A stretch of 42,643 nucleotides of DNA from a virus, in the UHGV virus genome UHGV-1882081. One strand, written 5' to 3'. Of the stretch, positions 40,178-42,643 are shown piece by piece. Under the pieces are notes generated by a model, which was not told the DNA's origin, made no database searches, and saw only the letters and a list, made by a program, of their open reading frames with translations. The stretch's first letter is position 1. Every line of letters begins with the position of its first letter. A program made the translations under genes and the position numbers.

Positions 40178-41225
40178 GCGCCGGGATTTACCCCCTAACC
40201 TTTATATAAGAAACAATGGATATTACTGCTACAGGGACCCAAGGACGGGTAAAGAGTTTGGATTAGGCCGAGACAGGAGGATAGCAATCACTGAAGCAAT
40301 ACAGGCCAACATTGAGTTATTTTCAGGACACAAACACAAGCCTCTGACAGCGAGAATCAACAGTGATAATTCTGTTACGTTACATTCATGGCTTGATCGC
40401 TACGAAAAAATCCTCGCCAGCAGAGGAATCAAGCAGAAGACACTTATAAATTACATGAGCAAAATTAAAGCAATAAGGAGGGGTCTGCCTGATGCTCCAC
40501 TTGAAGACATCACCACAAAAGAAATTGCGGCAATGCTCAATGGATACATAGACGAGGGCAAGGCGGCGTCAGCCAAGTTAATCAGATCAACACTGAGCGA
40601 TGCATTCCGAGAGGCAATAGCTGAAGGACATATAACAATAAACCCGGTCGCTGCCACTCGCGCAGCAAAATCAGAGGTAAGGAGATCAAGACTTACGGCT
40701 GACGAATACCTGAAAATTTATCAAGCAGCAGAATCATCACCATGTTGGCTTAGACTTGCAATGGAACTGGCTGTTGTTACCGGGCAGCGTGTTGGTGATT
40801 TATGCGAAATGAAGTGGTCTGATATCGTAGATGGCTATCTTTATGTCGAGCAAAGCAAAACCGGCGTAAAAATTGCCATCCCAACAACATTGCATGTTGA
40901 TGCTCTTGGGATATCAATGAAGGAAACACTTGATAAATGCAAAGAGATTCTTGGCGGAGAAACCATAATTGCATCTACTCGTCGTGAACCGCTTTCATCC
41001 GGCACAGTATCAAGGTATTTTATGCGCGCACGAAAAGCATCAGGTCTTTCCTTCGAAGGGGATCCGCCTACCTTTCACGAGTTGCGCAGCTTGTCTGCAA
41101 GACTCTATGAGAAGCAGATAAGCGATAAGTTTGCTCAACATCTTCTCGGGCATAAGTCGGACACCATGGCATCACAGTATCGTGATGACAGAGGCAGGGA
41201 GTGGGACAAAATTGAAATCAAATAA
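40155..41225 (+). CDS. int: integrase Int (lambda tyrosine recombinase)
   Basis: 356-aa ORF MGRRRSHERRDLPPNLYIRNNGYYCYRDPRTGKEFGLGRDRRIAITEAIQANIELFSGHKH... matches lambda Int in sequence and length. Confidence 0.97.
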   Translation: MGRRRSHERRDLPPNLYIRNNGYYCYRDPRTGKEFGLGRDRRIAITEAIQANIELFSGHKHKPLTARINSDNSVTLHSWLDRYEKILASRGIKQKTLINYMSKIKAIRRGLPDAPLEDITTKEIAAMLNGYIDEGKAASAKLIRSTLSDAFREAIAEGHITINPVAATRAAKSEVRRSRLTADEYLKIYQAAESSPCWLRLAMELAVVTGQRVGDLCEMKWSDIVDGYLYVEQSKTGVKIAIPTTLHVDALGISMKETLDKCKEILGGETIIASTRREPLSSGTVSRYFMRARKASGLSFEGDPPTFHELRSLSARLYEKQISDKFAQHLLGHKSDTMASQYRDDRGREWDKIEIK

Positions 41226-41298
41226 TGATTTTATTTTGACTGATAGTGACCTGTTCGTTGCAACAAATTGATAAGCAATGCTTTTTTATAATGCCAAC
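41226..41298 (+). promoter_or_regulatory. attP P'-arm (Int arm-type sites P'1-P'3, IHF H' site)
   Basis: atgattttattttgactgatagtgacctgttcgttgcaacaaattgataagcaatgcttttttataatgccaactt is the lambda P' arm in reverse complement. Confidence 0.9.
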
Positions 41299-41313
41299 TT
41301 AGTATAAAAAAGC
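41299..41313. repeat. 15-bp lambda att core, prophage/host junction (attL, gal side)
   Basis: ttagtataaaaaagc identical to 1650-1664; followed by aggc (attB arm GCCTGCTTTTTTATACTAA in reverse complement). Confidence 0.9.
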
Positions 41314-41359
41314 AGGCTTCAACGGATTCATTTTTCTATTTCATAGCCCGGAGCAACCT

Positions 41360-42643
41360 GTGAACACATTTTCAGTTTCCCGTCTGGCGCTGGCATTGGC
41401 TTTTGGCGTGACGCTGACCGCCTGTAGCTCAACACCGCCCGATCAACGTCCTTCTGATCAAACCGCGCCTGGTACCTCTTCGCGCCCGATTCTGTCGGCA
41501 AAAGAAGCGCAGAATTTCGATGCTCAACACTATTTTGCATCCCTGACACCAGGTGCGGCAGCGTGGAATCCTTCCCCGATTACCCTGCCTGCGCAACCTG
41601 ACTTTGTTGTCGGCCCGGCGGGTACTCAAGGTGTAACTCATACCACGATTCAGGCGGCGGTAGATGCGGCAATTATCAAGCGTACCAACAAGCGCCAGTA
41701 TATTGCCGTGATGCCTGGTGAGTATCAGGGAACGGTGTATGTCCCTGCCGCTCCGGGTGGAATTACTCTGTACGGTACAGGTGAAAAACCGATTGATGTG
41801 AAGATTGGGCTTTCCCTTGATGGTGGCATGAGCCCTGCCGACTGGCGTCACGACGTCAACCCGCGCGGCAAATATATGCCAGGTAAACCGGCGTGGTATA
41901 TGTACGATAGCTGCCAGAGTAAACGCAGCGACAGTATCGGTGTTCTCTGCTCTGCGGTCTTCTGGTCACAAAACAATGGCCTGCAACTGCAAAACCTGAC
42001 CATCGAAAACACGCTGGGCGATAGCGTAGATGCGGGTAACCATCCGGCGGTGGCACTGCGTACTGATGGCGACAAAGTGCAGATCAATAACGTCAATATT
42101 CTCGGTCGTCAGAACACCTTCTTTGTCACCAACAGCGGTGTGCAGAACCGTCTGGAAACGAATCGTCAGCCGCGTACGCTGGTGACCAACAGCTATATTG
42201 AAGGGGATGTGGATATCGTTTCTGGTCGCGGCGCAGTGGTGTTCGATAACACCGAATTCCGCGTGGTGAACTCCCGTACCCAGCAAGAAGCGTATGTGTT
42301 TGCACCGGCTACGCTGTCCAACATTTACTACGGTTTCCTCGCCGTAAACAGCCGTTTCAATGCTTCCGGTGATGGCGTGGCGCAACTGGGCCGCTCGCTG
42401 GATGTTGATGCCAATACCAACGGTCAGGTAGTGATCCGTGATAGCGCCATCAACGAAGGTTTTAACACGGCGAAACCGTGGGCCGATGCGGTGATTTCCA
42501 ATCGTCCATTCGCGGGTAACACCGGCAGCGTTGATGATAACGACGAAGTACAGCGTAATCTGAATGACACTAACTACAACCGCATGTGGGAATACAATAA
42601 CCGCGGCGTGGGTAGCAAAGTGGTTGCAGAGGCGAAGAAGTAG
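41360..42643 (+). CDS. ybhC: YbhC, outer-membrane lipoprotein of the pectinesterase-like family (host gene flanking attB-lambda)
   Basis: 427-aa ORF with GTG start, MNTFSVSRLALALAFGVTLTACSSTPPDQ... (lipobox LTAC); matches remembered E. coli YbhC. Confidence 0.92.
   Translation: MNTFSVSRLALALAFGVTLTACSSTPPDQRPSDQTAPGTSSRPILSAKEAQNFDAQHYFASLTPGAAAWNPSPITLPAQPDFVVGPAGTQGVTHTTIQAAVDAAIIKRTNKRQYIAVMPGEYQGTVYVPAAPGGITLYGTGEKPIDVKIGLSLDGGMSPADWRHDVNPRGKYMPGKPAWYMYDSCQSKRSDSIGVLCSAVFWSQNNGLQLQNLTIENTLGDSVDAGNHPAVALRTDGDKVQINNVNILGRQNTFFVTNSGVQNRLETNRQPRTLVTNSYIEGDVDIVSGRGAVVFDNTEFRVVNSRTQQEAYVFAPATLSNIYYGFLAVNSRFNASGDGVAQLGRSLDVDANTNGQVVIRDSAINEGFNTAKPWADAVISNRPFAGNTGSVDDNDEVQRNLNDTNYNRMWEYNNRGVGSKVVAEAKK

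Noticed and set aside
41429-42385. Several minus-strand ORFs (140, 82, 66, 139 aa) inside ybhC
   Set aside because: Antisense to the full-length ybhC ORF, which matches the known 427-aa host protein.

Overview
This window is the Escherichia coli chromosomal locus ybhB ... ybhC, the classical lambda attB site between gal and bio, occupied by a ~39.6 kb mosaic lambdoid prophage (about 1650-41313). The prophage is bounded by two direct copies of the 15-bp lambda att core (TTAGTATAAAAAAGC as written on the + strand). It is a hybrid of two module types. Lambda-type modules: int/xis with attP arms and the tI/sib hairpin, the nin region, Q with pR'/6S RNA/tR', and the S-R-Rz/Rz1 lysis cassette. P22-type modules: immC (c2, cro, cII-like with OR/OL operators), replication (O-like initiator with internal iterons, DnaB-type helicase), the full virion gene set (terS, terL, portal, scaffold, coat, gp4, gp10, tail needle with C-terminal knob, gp14, gp7, gp20, gp16), immI (mnt, arc, ant) and a tailspike whose N-terminal head-binding domain is P22/HK620-like but whose receptor-binding domain is a distinct AT-rich beta-helix depolymerase. 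Cargo ('moron') candidates sit at three classical hotspots: a secreted-protein plus lipoprotein pair downstream of mnt (sieA position), a small membrane protein between the tailspike and attR (gtr/oac position), and small ORFs in the early-left operon. Upstream of ybhB, where bioA is expected, is the 5' part of an IS200/IS605-family tnpB running off the window. Three runs of N (73-82 nt) interrupt early genes and look like assembly gaps or masking. No rRNA, tRNA or CRISPR array was found. All homology statements are from reading the translations against remembered lambda/P22 sequences; no database search was run.
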